Of a stretch of 64,000 nt of DNA, positions 54,133-64,000 are shown piece by piece. The stretch spans positions 1-64,000 of the forward strand of contig CBDBHE010000008.1 in NCBI GenBank assembly GCA_965205605.1. The letters are read 5' to 3'. This DNA is from Spirochaetota bacterium. GTDB taxonomy: Bacteria; Spirochaetota; UBA12135; COTS27; CBDBHE01. The notes under the pieces were generated by a model. That model had not been told where the DNA came from and searched no databases. It saw nothing but the letters and a program-made list of their open reading frames with translations. Within the stretch, counting starts at the first letter, position 1. Each line of letters begins with the position of its first letter. The position numbers and the translations under genes were made by a program.

Positions 54133-56796
54133 ATGATTAAAAAAAATTTAGTAAAATGGGGGGAAATTTCTAATAAACACTGGAAGTGGATTTTAAGCTT
54201 TGCATTTATAATAACACTTATTGCACTTTTTGGTGCAATCAAAGTTAAACTTAATTTCTCAAATACAATTTTTTTTCCAAAAGATTCTTTACAATCAAAT
54301 CAATTAAAAAGCATTTATAATGAATTTTCAACTGCCTTCTCTATCTTTTTATTAGTAGAAGCTAATAATAAAAAAGAAACTATCGCAACAATTGACCTCA
54401 TTAGCAAAGAATTAAAAAAAAACGAAGATATTAAATTTATTATCGATAAAAAAAATATTGATTTTATTTATCAAAATTTTCTTCTTTTAATTGATGACAA
54501 ATCCTTTGATACCAATTTAAAACTGTTAAAAAATCCTTCCTTTAATAATCTTGTTGAGGTTTTTAATGAAAATATTAAAAAAAAAATTGAAGATAAAAGT
54601 ATTTTTAAAAATGAAGATCAAACAGTCCAAAATTTAAATAATCTCATTAAAATATTAGAAAATTTAATGAATTTTTTAGATCATAAACAATCCATTAATA
54701 CAGAGAATTTAGAAAAAAATCTCAAAAATATTTTTATAGGTCAAAATTATTTTTTAAATATAGATGAAAACAAAGGATTTCTTCTACTAATTCCTAAATA
54801 TTCCTCTTCTAACAGAGACTATCTTATAAACGGACTTGAAAAACTAGAGCAACAATTAAGTCAAATAAAACTTGCAAAAGGAGTCACTATAGGATTAACC
54901 GGTCCTCACATTAGAAACCGAGAAGGCGTTATTAGTGGCAATAAAAATATTAAATATTCATTTTTTATTTCTTTTATTTCAATTTTTTTCTTACTAATTT
55001 TTTCTCTTAGAATGAAATCTTCTCCAATTATTATTATGGGAACGCTTTTTATAGGATTTACTTGGACGATAGGAACGATTGGTTTTTTATACCAAACACT
55101 TAACGTTTTACATGGCATGGTGCTTGTTTCTCTTTCTGGTATTGGAATTGATTTTTCAGTCCACTTTATGATGTCTTATACCCAAGAACGTTTTAATCAC
55201 AAAAGAATCCATGAAGAGTCTTTAAATAAAAGCTTTTCAAAAACAGGAAAAGGCATCATTGGAGGAGCGATTACTTCTATTTTAGTTTTTTTAGTTTTTC
55301 AAATTTCTCGAATGGAATTTTTGAAAGATTTAGGAATTATTGCTGCTATTCACATTATTTCTCAAGTTTTAGCAATGTTTATAGTCCTTCCTTGCCTCAT
55401 TTGTTTGAAAAATAAAATGAAACAAAACAGCTCAGCTCAATCAAAATATTCAAAAATTTATTATTTTAAAATAACTAAATTTTGGATACAAATTTCTCGA
55501 TACCCCAAAAGGACTTTAGGGGTTATTCTTTTAATTATTTCTCTTCTATCTTTTGGGATTCCTTTTGTAAAACAAGTTGACAACCCACTTGATTTTTATC
55601 ACAAAAACCTTGCTTCCATTCAAGTGCAAGATAAATTAATCAAATACTTTAATCTTGCTCCAGAAGGATTGGTTATTCAATCTGATAGCATCAAAAACAC
55701 AAGAAAGCTTCATAATGCATTAATGGCTGTTTCAAATGTAAAAATGGTAAATTCTATTATTAATTTCTTACCATCTACTAAAACACAAAAAAAACGATTT
55801 TCTGAAATAAAAAAAATCAAAAAAAGAAAAGTTAGCTACTTTTTTTTAAAAGATCGAAGCAAAGTCACTAAAAATTTAAAAAACCTAGAAAAAACTTTGT
55901 TAAAAGCTTCTCTATTTGCACAAACCCATAAAAAGGAAGAAGTTGTGAAATTACTAAAAAAAATAGGGATTAACACTAACAGTCAAACTTCTAAAATCAG
56001 TCAATTAGTCAAAGCTTTAAAAAAGAAAAATACTAAAAATAAAATCATTTTAACAACTTTAAATCAAACAGTTGATAAATTTAAAAATCAAATTATTTCT
56101 GAAAAATTTATTACGATTGATAATATACCAGAAAATATCAAATATCAATTAGTTTCAACTGATCATAGTAAATTTTTATTAACCATATTTCCTTCTAAAA
56201 ATCCTTGGCCAAAAAAATTTAGAAAACAATTTATTGCTTCTGTTCATCAAATTTCCCAAAAAGCTACAGGTTTAATCCTCTTAGCAGAAGAGTACTATAA
56301 AGTTATTGGTGAAGACAGCTTCATGATTGTTCCCATTGCTTTCTTAATCGTCTTTTTTTATGTTTTAATAATCTTAAGACATTTCTACTTATCTATTTTT
56401 GCTATGGTTCCTGTTGTTTTATCATCTGTTAGTTTATTAGGCATCATGGGATTTTTTAAAATTCACTTTAACTTTATTAACCTTGTTTGTCTTCCTCTAA
56501 TAATAGGCATTGGGGTTGACTATAGCATTCATATTTGTGATCGATATTTAAAAGAAGGGAAAGGTCACCTAAATATTGTTATTAAAAATGTAGGCGAAGC
56601 AATTTTCCTTTCTGCTTTAACAACAGCCATTGGATTTTCTTCTATTATTCCATCGATTATGAAAGCTATTAGTAGCACAGGTATCGTTTTAACGATAGCT
56701 GTTTTGTTATGTTATTTATACACGATGGCGGTTTTACCAAATCTAATTAAAATAGGGGAAAAAAAACTCAATTGGAAAATAACTCCTAAGTACTAA
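54133..56796 (+). CDS. MMPL/RND-family exporter (HpnN-like)
   Basis: Two repeats of 1+5 TM helices with large periplasmic loops; GIGIDFSVH and GIGVDYSIH motifs; SALTTAIGF. Confidence 0.85.
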   Translation: MIKKNLVKWGEISNKHWKWILSFAFIITLIALFGAIKVKLNFSNTIFFPKDSLQSNQLKSIYNEFSTAFSIFLLVEANNKKETIATIDLISKELKKNEDIKFIIDKKNIDFIYQNFLLLIDDKSFDTNLKLLKNPSFNNLVEVFNENIKKKIEDKSIFKNEDQTVQNLNNLIKILENLMNFLDHKQSINTENLEKNLKNIFIGQNYFLNIDENKGFLLLIPKYSSSNRDYLINGLEKLEQQLSQIKLAKGVTIGLTGPHIRNREGVISGNKNIKYSFFISFISIFFLLIFSLRMKSSPIIIMGTLFIGFTWTIGTIGFLYQTLNVLHGMVLVSLSGIGIDFSVHFMMSYTQERFNHKRIHEESLNKSFSKTGKGIIGGAITSILVFLVFQISRMEFLKDLGIIAAIHIISQVLAMFIVLPCLICLKNKMKQNSSAQSKYSKIYYFKITKFWIQISRYPKRTLGVILLIISLLSFGIPFVKQVDNPLDFYHKNLASIQVQDKLIKYFNLAPEGLVIQSDSIKNTRKLHNALMAVSNVKMVNSIINFLPSTKTQKKRFSEIKKIKKRKVSYFFLKDRSKVTKNLKNLEKTLLKASLFAQTHKKEEVVKLLKKIGINTNSQTSKISQLVKALKKKNTKNKIILTTLNQTVDKFKNQIISEKFITIDNIPENIKYQLVSTDHSKFLLTIFPSKNPWPKKFRKQFIASVHQISQKATGLILLAEEYYKVIGEDSFMIVPIAFLIVFFYVLIILRHFYLSIFAMVPVVLSSVSLLGIMGFFKIHFNFINLVCLPLIIGIGVDYSIHICDRYLKEGKGHLNIVIKNVGEAIFLSALTTAIGFSSIIPSIMKAISSTGIVLTIAVLLCYLYTMAVLPNLIKIGEKKLNWKITPKY

Positions 56797-56809
56797 ATCC
56801 AATTAATGA

Positions 56810-57460
56810 ATGGCTTGCACCTATCCTGTTTTAATTGATTTAAAAGATCAAAAAATTTTAATTATAGGAGGAGGAAATACAGCTTTTCAAAAAACCACTA
56901 AGCTTTTAAAAACTCATTGCTATCTTACGATTATTAGTCCTTCTATTTCAATTCAATTTCAATCTATTTTGCCTAAAATTAATTATCTTTCAAAAAAGGC
57001 TACTTTAAAAGATATTAAAAAAGATTACAAACTTATATTTGCTTGTACAAATGATGTTGTATTTAATGAAAAAGTAGCTCAATATGCAAAAAAACAAAAT
57101 CTTTTAATTAATAATAGTAGTCAAAAAAAAAATTCCAACTTCCATAACGCCATTACAATTGAACAAACCCCTCTTTTAATATCAATTTATTCAAGTGGAT
57201 TCCCTTTTTTTTCAAAATATCTAAAAAAAATTATTGAAAACCAATTTTTTCCAAAGTATGCTTTGTTAGCTAAATTTCTCTATCCCTATGGAGAAAGGCT
57301 TAAAAACAATTCATACCAAAAAGTTGATTTTTTTTTAAAAAAAATTTCAAAAACTAAAATAAAAAGATTACTACTTAAATATCAAAAGTATAAACAAAAA
57401 TCTATTTTAAAAAAATGTATTAAAATTACTGAAAAAACACTTAAAAAATGCATCCAGTAA
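56810..57460 (+). CDS. Precorrin-2 dehydrogenase / sirohydrochlorin ferrochelatase (CysG-N / SirC-like)
   Basis: YPVLIDL, IIGGG..A..K, ACTND..N and LLISI.S.G. Confidence 0.8.
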   Translation: MACTYPVLIDLKDQKILIIGGGNTAFQKTTKLLKTHCYLTIISPSISIQFQSILPKINYLSKKATLKDIKKDYKLIFACTNDVVFNEKVAQYAKKQNLLINNSSQKKNSNFHNAITIEQTPLLISIYSSGFPFFSKYLKKIIENQFFPKYALLAKFLYPYGERLKNNSYQKVDFFLKKISKTKIKRLLLKYQKYKQKSILKKCIKITEKTLKKCIQ

Positions 57461-58977
57461 AATGTTTTTTAGTAGGAGCTGGTCCAGGTGATATTGGTCT
57501 ACTAACCCTTAAAGCTTTTAACCTATTAAAAAAAGCCAATGTTGTTGTTTATGACAACCTTATTCCCAAAGAAGCTCTTTCTTTTTGCCCAAAAAATTCA
57601 AAAAAAATCTATGTTGGAAAAACAAGAAGTAAAAAAGATCCAAAACAAAAAACGATCAACAATATCCTCATTAAAGAATGTTTACTTGCAAAAAACAAAA
57701 TTCTTTTAAAATCAAAAAAAACATTTTACATTATTCGTCTTAAAGGAGGCGATCCTTTTATTTTTGGAAGAGGTTATGAGGAAATAAATGCCTTAAAAGA
57801 AAATAAAATTCCTTTTGAAATTATTCCTGGTATTTCTTCTTTTTATGCTGTTTCCACTTACGCAGGTATTCCTCTCACCCTAAGGGAATCTTCTAGAAGT
57901 TTTTCTGTTATGACAGGTCACTTTAAAAAAGAGGATAACAACAAAGATATGCTTATTTCTTCGACAGACACGGTTATTTATTTAATGGGTATTAAAAATA
58001 TCAAAAAAATTATTGAAAAAAACATCAAAGCCAATAAGCCTTTAGATACTCCCATTGCTATTATTGAAAATGGCTGTACTTTAAAACAAAAAACAACTGT
58101 TTCAACCCTGGGAAACATAAAAGAACAATTAAAAAATAAACAATTAAAATTAGGACATCCAGGTCTTATTATTATGGGTGATGTTGTTAAATGTCGTAAT
58201 ACAATGAACTGGTATGAAAAAAAACCTCTTTTTGGAAAAAATATTGTGATAACAAGAAACCTTGAAGAACTCCCTGCTTTGAATGCTTCTTTAACTAATT
58301 TTGGAGCAAATGTAACTTGTTTACCCGTTATTTCAAATGACTCTTATCAAAAAAAAGAAAAATTTCTTATTGAAAAATTAAAAGAAAATCATCAAAAAAT
58401 GATTATTTTTACTTCTTCTAGAGCGGTTAATCGTTTTTTTGAAACATTAAAAAAAAATAAAAAAGATATTAGAATCTTATATAAGAGTCAAATTATTTCC
58501 ATTGGCAAAGAAACAACCAAAACAATCAAAAAGTATCATCTTAATATTGATCTTAAATCTAAAAATTCTTCTCAAGAAGGTATTGTAACTCTTTTAAAAA
58601 AACAAAGCAATCTAAACAAGGTTGAAATCATCCTTCCAAGAGCTTTGGAATCTAGAAAAGTTTTAGAGGCATTTTTAAAAGAAAAAAAAATACCTTATAG
58701 CCTTATTCCTCTTTACAAAACAACCGCTAACCGAGTTGATTTAAAGCAAATACACCACTCTGATGCTATTTTATTTGCTTCTCCAAGTGCCGTTAATTCA
58801 TTTTTTAGTCAATATAAAAAAACTAAAATAAAACAACCAAATCCTATTTTTGTTTGTATTGGCCCTATTACAAGAAAAGAAGTGGAAAAATGGGGTTACC
58901 CATCAAAATCCCTTAGAGACAAACCAAGCTTTGAAAATTTAGCAAAATTGGTCGTAAATCTATTATCTAATTCTTGA
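57448..58977 (+). CDS. cobA: Uroporphyrinogen-III C-methyltransferase fused to uroporphyrinogen-III synthase (CobA-HemD)
   Basis: LVGAGPGD, RLKGGDPFIFGRG.EE and PGISS, then a HemD half with ITR, FTS, FASPSAV and CIGPIT. Confidence 0.9.
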   Translation: MHPVKCFLVGAGPGDIGLLTLKAFNLLKKANVVVYDNLIPKEALSFCPKNSKKIYVGKTRSKKDPKQKTINNILIKECLLAKNKILLKSKKTFYIIRLKGGDPFIFGRGYEEINALKENKIPFEIIPGISSFYAVSTYAGIPLTLRESSRSFSVMTGHFKKEDNNKDMLISSTDTVIYLMGIKNIKKIIEKNIKANKPLDTPIAIIENGCTLKQKTTVSTLGNIKEQLKNKQLKLGHPGLIIMGDVVKCRNTMNWYEKKPLFGKNIVITRNLEELPALNASLTNFGANVTCLPVISNDSYQKKEKFLIEKLKENHQKMIIFTSSRAVNRFFETLKKNKKDIRILYKSQIISIGKETTKTIKKYHLNIDLKSKNSSQEGIVTLLKKQSNLNKVEIILPRALESRKVLEAFLKEKKIPYSLIPLYKTTANRVDLKQIHHSDAILFASPSAVNSFFSQYKKTKIKQPNPIFVCIGPITRKEVEKWGYPSKSLRDKPSFENLAKLVVNLLSNS

Positions 58978-58989
58978 TTCTATAAATAT

Positions 58990-59889
58990 TTATATTCCTA
59001 TATAAGCAGCTCCAAAAACTCCTGCACTATCTCCTAATTGATTGGAAACAATAGAAGTTTTACAGCTATCTGAAAAAACATATTTTTTAACATGCTCAAC
59101 TCCTAAGGTGTACAATTCTTTTACTTGAGAAACCCCCCCTCCAATAACAATCAAATCTGGATCTAAAAGATTGATCACATTAGCTAAAGCTCTAGCAAAA
59201 TAATCTAAGTAGATTTCCATAAATTCCAAACAATGGGTGTCTTTGTTACGAAAATTTTCAATAATTTGGGGAAAACTAAGAATCTTTTTATACTGATTTT
59301 CAAAAAGTTTACTCGCCCCATTTCCACTAAGGTAAACTTCCACACACCCTCTCTTCCCACAATAACATTTAGGGCCTTTTACTTCAAGCATCATGTGTCC
59401 CCATTCCCCAGCAATTCCCTCTTTTCCTTTATAAAGTTTTCCTTCATATACAATCCCCCCCCCACATCCAGTGCCTAAAACAATCCCAAAAACCATTTTT
59501 TGATTAATCCCTGAGCCATTTATCGCTTCTGCTAAAGTAAAACAATTAGCATCATTTTCAATAACAATTTTTTTTTCTAATAGTCCTTCTAAATCTTGTT
59601 TAAAAGGCTTGCCATTAAGACAAAGTGTGTTTGAATTTCGCAAATTTCCTGTTTCTAAAGAAATAGAACCTGGAGTACAAATTCCAAAAGAAGTCTCTTG
59701 AGAAGAAAAATCTTGAATTAATTCCTTATATAAAGAAAAAATCTGATTTAATAAATGATGATAACCTTTTGTTTGTTCTGTAGCGATTCTTTTTCTTTTA
59801 ATTTCTTTGCCTTCTTTATTAAGGACAATGCCTTCAATTTTGGTCCCACCTAAATCAATCCCTACTTGATATTTTTTTTTATGATGCAT
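58990..59889 (-). CDS. ROK-family sugar kinase (Mak/fructokinase-like)
   Basis: GIDLGGTK, ENDAN, GTGCGG, EWGH and zinc motif CYCGKRGCVE; no HTH domain. Confidence 0.9.
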   Translation of the reverse strand: MHHKKKYQVGIDLGGTKIEGIVLNKEGKEIKRKRIATEQTKGYHHLLNQIFSLYKELIQDFSSQETSFGICTPGSISLETGNLRNSNTLCLNGKPFKQDLEGLLEKKIVIENDANCFTLAEAINGSGINQKMVFGIVLGTGCGGGIVYEGKLYKGKEGIAGEWGHMMLEVKGPKCYCGKRGCVEVYLSGNGASKLFENQYKKILSFPQIIENFRNKDTHCLEFMEIYLDYFARALANVINLLDPDLIVIGGGVSQVKELYTLGVEHVKKYVFSDSCKTSIVSNQLGDSAGVFGAAYIGI

Positions 59890-59909
59890 ACAATGTAATT
59901 AATAAAAAG

Positions 59910-60494
59910 TTATTTCAACTTTTCTAGTATTTCCTTCCAATCAAAAATCTCCTTATTAAAAACAATTTTTATCAAAAATAAACTTCTTTTATCTTTTTTC
60001 TCATAGATTAATTGGTACTGATTTTTCCCTAAAAGAAAGTCAAAAAAATCACTTAAATCTTTTTTAACAAGATCAAAAGTTTCTTTTTCATTAGGAGCAA
60101 TTGCTCTATCATTTATTTGAAAAATAAGCTGTGATACATTAAATTCACATTTTTTAGAAAGAGTTTCAAAAAATTTGAAATCCAAAAATCTTTTTATAAA
60201 ATTTTTAAAAGTTGTTTTTAATTTTAAAACATTATCAGATTCACCTAAAAAACCATTTCTAAAATAAGAAAAAAAAAGAGCTTTTTCTTCAATTTCTTCG
60301 ATCGCATAGCTTTCGTGATGCCCTGCTAAAAATAATTTAACTCCCCCGTACACATGAGCATAGCTGACAACATCAACAAAAATTTCTGGACTATTTGGGA
60401 TCCAATGATTAAAACATTGATAAAAAAGATCTAAAGGGAGATCTTTAGATTTTTTAAAACCAATACTCCATTTGATTTTTTCTAAGAAATTCAT
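59910..60494 (-). CDS. Hypothetical protein downstream of the sulfite/nitrite reductase
   Basis: 194-aa ORF 32 bp behind the reductase, with an F..WI...E..VDV..Y.HV..G...L.GH motif. Confidence 0.65.
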   Translation of the reverse strand: MNFLEKIKWSIGFKKSKDLPLDLFYQCFNHWIPNSPEIFVDVVSYAHVYGGVKLFLAGHHESYAIEEIEEKALFFSYFRNGFLGESDNVLKLKTTFKNFIKRFLDFKFFETLSKKCEFNVSQLIFQINDRAIAPNEKETFDLVKKDLSDFFDFLLGKNQYQLIYEKKDKRSLFLIKIVFNKEIFDWKEILEKLK

Positions 60495-60526
60495 TGATTA
60501 ATATTTTATTTTTTAAAAAAAGATAT

Positions 60527-62833
60527 TTACTTAGAAACGACTTCTTTTTCACTTAGTCTAACATTACAAGCATGACAGGCTTCGATAAAAAGCTGTGCTT
60601 CGTGAATACGTTGAAAAGCTTTTTCTTGATCGAAAGCTTCATTTTTATTTTTATGAAAAGAAAAGTAATAATTAGCGAATTTATTCCCTGCAAAAGGATC
60701 TTGAAAAAAGTTAGTATCAATAAATCGAGTTTTAAATTCACTGACAACTTGATCATCGTGATCAGAAACATCAATGTCATAACTCTTAACTAAAGCTTGT
60801 GCTGCCAGCTTCATAGACTCATAAGCCATCATTCCTGCTTCTTGATAAGATTGCTGGTCAAGTTTAATTTGAGCATCAAAAATTTGTCTTTCTGCTTTTT
60901 GAAGTTCAAAGTCAGTCAGAGAAACAATTTCTCCAGCACATTCTCCAACTCCCTTATCAGAAACAGAATACTCTCTTACATCAGACCAATCAACATAATA
61001 AGATTTATTTTCCTCATATTCAGGGACTTGTGTTAAATAATCTAAATGTTTTTTAAGGTGTAATTTCCCAACTCTTTGAACATAATCTCGAAAGCTTTCA
61101 TGACGATCTTTTTTTTCATTTAAATACAAATCAGTGATTTGTTTGACAACTTGTGGAATTGCTTTTGAAGGAAAAGCCATCACACTAAGTCCATAATCAC
61201 TAATATTTGATTTTTGTTCACCTCCTAAAAGCATTTGAAAGTGAGGAACCACATAACCATTTTTTTTTCTACTAATGCCAAAAAAACCAATATCTGCTAT
61301 GTGGTGTTGAGCACAAGAATTAAAACAACCACTAATTTTTATTGAAAGACTTTTAATCGAATCATCCATCATAGCCATCTCCCTAGAAAGAGAGCTTGAA
61401 AGCTCAGAAGCAACTCCTCTAGAAGAAGCCGTACCCAGTTTACATGTGTCCGTTCCAGGACAAGCGGTAATGTCAACGATAGTTTTAAAAAAAGGTTTCG
61501 CTAAAGATTTTGCTTTAAGATATTTATAAATTTCAGGCAAGTCTTTTATAGATACCCATTGAATCAAAAGATTTTGATCCACAGTGGTGTACGCTAAAAT
61601 AGTTGGATACTTTCGTAAAAGATCTGCAAGAAAACGCATCTGTAAAGCACTTAAATCACCTAAAGGAGAGTAAATAATAAGGTTCACAAATCCTTTTTGC
61701 TTTTGTTCTTTTACATTAAACTGTAACCACTGATTATAATTGCTATCACTTGTATTTTTAGACAATAAATGATGTTCTTGTTTGACTTCTTTAATGGCTA
61801 AATCTTTTTGAGTCTTTGTTTTAAGATCTTCTAGAAAAGTAGCCCATTTAGAATCAGGAGATAATTTTTTCTTTTCTTTTAAAACTTCTTCTTTAAATTT
61901 ATCAATTCCGAAATCATTAATTAAAAACTTAATACGAGCTCTTGACCTAATTTTTTTTTCTCCATAACGAGCATAAACTCGACAAATGGCCTGTATGGTA
62001 GAAAAAATATCTTGTTGAACAACAAAATCATCAAAGAGTTTTGCCTTAAAAGGTATCGTTCCCAAACCACCCCCTACCCACACTTCAAAACCTTGTTTAA
62101 TCTCTTTGTCTGTTTTTTTTTCTTTAGCAATCAAACCCAAGTCATGAATATTTGCAAGAGCACAAGGATGATCTTTACAACCAGAAAGAGCTATTTTAAA
62201 TTTTCTACCAAAATTTTGAACATCAGGATGACCCAATAAAAAATTAAATATTGCTTCTGCATAAGGGATCGTATTAAAAGCTTCTGTTTTACAAGTGCCC
62301 GAATAAGGACAAGCCGTAACATTACGAACCGAATTACCACAAGCTTCCTTTGTTGTAATCCCTACCTCACCAAGACGCCGATACATAGAAGGTGTATTTT
62401 CAATATGAATAAAATGCAACTGAATATCTTGCCTTGTGGTGATATGAGAAATCCCATCAGAATATTCCTCTGAAAGATCAGCGAAAAGATCCATTTGTTT
62501 AGCATTAATAGCTCCATAAGGCAACTTAATTCTTTGCATTCCAGGAGCATCCCAAAGAGTCGTTGGGCCTTTTGTCAAATCTCTAGGATAGTTAATTTGC
62601 CTGTCTTGCTTACCATCATTTCTTTTGCCATTATCATAACGCTGACCATAAGCTCCCATACGAAGACGTATTTCTGCAAAAAGCTTCTCATCTGTTTTCC
62701 CTTCTTTTTTAAACTCTAAATCTTTTTCATAATCATCAATAAATTTTTTATATTTAGAGTCTATCTTATCAGCTGTTTTTTCTTTCCAAAACTCGCCCGA
62801 ATCATTTTTATTTGCTACTGTTTCTTTCATCAA
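60527..62833 (-). CDS. Siroheme/[4Fe-4S] sulfite/nitrite reductase hemoprotein with a helical (HEPN-like) C-terminal extension
   Basis: RL..G.YGQR, HITTRQDIQLH, RKFK, ACPGTDTC and SGCFNSC, then GVGECAG and a ~130-aa helical tail. Confidence 0.88.
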   Translation of the reverse strand: MMKETVANKNDSGEFWKEKTADKIDSKYKKFIDDYEKDLEFKKEGKTDEKLFAEIRLRMGAYGQRYDNGKRNDGKQDRQINYPRDLTKGPTTLWDAPGMQRIKLPYGAINAKQMDLFADLSEEYSDGISHITTRQDIQLHFIHIENTPSMYRRLGEVGITTKEACGNSVRNVTACPYSGTCKTEAFNTIPYAEAIFNFLLGHPDVQNFGRKFKIALSGCKDHPCALANIHDLGLIAKEKKTDKEIKQGFEVWVGGGLGTIPFKAKLFDDFVVQQDIFSTIQAICRVYARYGEKKIRSRARIKFLINDFGIDKFKEEVLKEKKKLSPDSKWATFLEDLKTKTQKDLAIKEVKQEHHLLSKNTSDSNYNQWLQFNVKEQKQKGFVNLIIYSPLGDLSALQMRFLADLLRKYPTILAYTTVDQNLLIQWVSIKDLPEIYKYLKAKSLAKPFFKTIVDITACPGTDTCKLGTASSRGVASELSSSLSREMAMMDDSIKSLSIKISGCFNSCAQHHIADIGFFGISRKKNGYVVPHFQMLLGGEQKSNISDYGLSVMAFPSKAIPQVVKQITDLYLNEKKDRHESFRDYVQRVGKLHLKKHLDYLTQVPEYEENKSYYVDWSDVREYSVSDKGVGECAGEIVSLTDFELQKAERQIFDAQIKLDQQSYQEAGMMAYESMKLAAQALVKSYDIDVSDHDDQVVSEFKTRFIDTNFFQDPFAGNKFANYYFSFHKNKNEAFDQEKAFQRIHEAQLFIEACHACNVRLSEKEVVSK

Positions 62834-62916
62834 TATTACTTCCTAAGTAAAAGTTAAATCAAAAATTTAATTATTTTATCATAAAAAGAAAAGACTTTCT
62901 AATAAAACTAATTTGT

Positions 62917-63930
62917 TTAAAAGGTTAAACTTTTTTCTCGATTTTTTTTATCTAAAACATTTTTATAAAAATTAAAATATTTTAAAGCAATTTTTTCATG
63001 AGAAAAATTGCTTTCTACCCAATTTCGACAAGCTTTTGGTTTAATTTTATTTAAAAAATTAATTTTTTCAACCATCTGTTCTTCTGAAAAACAAACAAAA
63101 CCAGAAACTTGATCTTTTACCACTTCTTTCATAGCTCCATTATTTAAAACAAGACTTGCTGTCCCACAAGCATTGGCTTCAGCAGGGGCTAACCCAAAAG
63201 GTTCAAGCCATTTTGTTGGGTACAAAAGAGCTTTTGCTTTTCCTAAAAGTTGTCCTTTTTTTTCTCCCCAAACTTCACCTTCATAAGAAACAAAAGAAGG
63301 TAGCATTAATTGCTTGAAAAATGACAATCCATTCCCACAAATAATCAATTGATGACCACTCTTTTTTGCAACTCTCATTGCGATATCCAATCCTTTTACT
63401 TTCCAATTAAGTTTTGCCATGAAAATTAAATAATTTTCTTTTTTGGAAATAAAGGGAAACTCACTTAAATTAATAGGGTTATAAATCACCGTAAAATCTT
63501 GTTTTAAACCTAATGTTTCATAATTTTTTTTTTGAGAATGACTAATAAAAACAAGTGAAGCATTTTGAGGAAGTTTTTCTTGGTAACCATGAATCGTGCT
63601 TACAATAGGAACATTAGGAAAACAAGACACAGCATCTTCTATCCAATGTCCATGACCATGGATGAGGTCAATTTTATGAGATTTTATTTTATGAGCAATA
63701 TCTTTAAAATAATTGAGATAATCTTTTTTTTTTGCTCCTCTTTTAGCTTTTATTGCCGTTTCTATGACTTTCATTCCATCAAAAGTGTCACTTCCTTTCA
63801 CTCCTGAAATAAAAATATTTTTTATATGTTTTTTAAGCCCTAATGCTAAATTACAACACACTCTTTGTGAGCCTCCATACCCCAAAGGAGGGATTGGCAT
63901 TGAAATTGGAGACACCATAAGAACCTTCAT
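62917..63930 (-). CDS. Glycosyltransferase family 4
   Basis: PIPPLGYGG, STIHG, FISHSQ, KG and W.EPFGL..AEA.ACGT. Confidence 0.88.
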   Translation of the reverse strand: MKVLMVSPISMPIPPLGYGGSQRVCCNLALGLKKHIKNIFISGVKGSDTFDGMKVIETAIKAKRGAKKKDYLNYFKDIAHKIKSHKIDLIHGHGHWIEDAVSCFPNVPIVSTIHGYQEKLPQNASLVFISHSQKKNYETLGLKQDFTVIYNPINLSEFPFISKKENYLIFMAKLNWKVKGLDIAMRVAKKSGHQLIICGNGLSFFKQLMLPSFVSYEGEVWGEKKGQLLGKAKALLYPTKWLEPFGLAPAEANACGTASLVLNNGAMKEVVKDQVSGFVCFSEEQMVEKINFLNKIKPKACRNWVESNFSHEKIALKYFNFYKNVLDKKNREKSLTF

Positions 63931-64000
63931 TTCTTAATCAATTGCTTTTTTTTGACTTCTTAAAAGAAAAGCATAAATAACATAAATAGATAAAATAGAA

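Noticed and set aside
60560-60585. CHAC near the reductase C-terminus as a c-type heme site
   Set aside because: The motif is CxxCN, not CxxCH, and the protein has no export signal.

Overview
A 64-kb, very AT-rich (roughly one quarter GC by eye) and gene-dense stretch of bacterial chromosome. It carries mostly housekeeping genes, and I saw no IS elements, prophage, CRISPR array or rRNA. Several markers point to an LPS-making Spirochaetota-like organism (inference): tamB-bamA-skp without tamA, a TatT lipoprotein, a PEGA protein, a plant/Leptospira-type thrC, tRNA-Arg(GCG), and lpxB/lpxD/waaA/kdsB. The main contents are: (1) a five-gene glucosylglycerate / mannosylglucosylglycerate-type compatible-solute cluster at 1-6297; (2) an outer-membrane biogenesis operon with an orphan exbD, no lpxA and a divergent lpxB; (3) lepA-PEGA-ftsY-fluC-prfB-tyrS-waaA followed by tRNA-Arg(GCG); (4) thrC, carAB-purF-kdsB, argG, ribBA, ilvC-murJ and degP; (5) a decayed L-fuconolactonase-like pseudogene, missed by the ORF track, behind an intact L-rhamnose/fucose mutarotase; (6) an MMPL transporter with siroheme genes facing a sulfite/nitrite reductase that has Cys motifs in both repeats, a C-terminal extension and an uncharacterised downstream partner. 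Four single-base frameshifts in homopolymer runs (tamB twice, PEGA, ftsY) are most likely sequencing errors. The best candidates for new biology are the two-glycosyltransferase osmolyte cluster and the reductase-plus-partner module. All family calls come from motif recognition, not from database searches.
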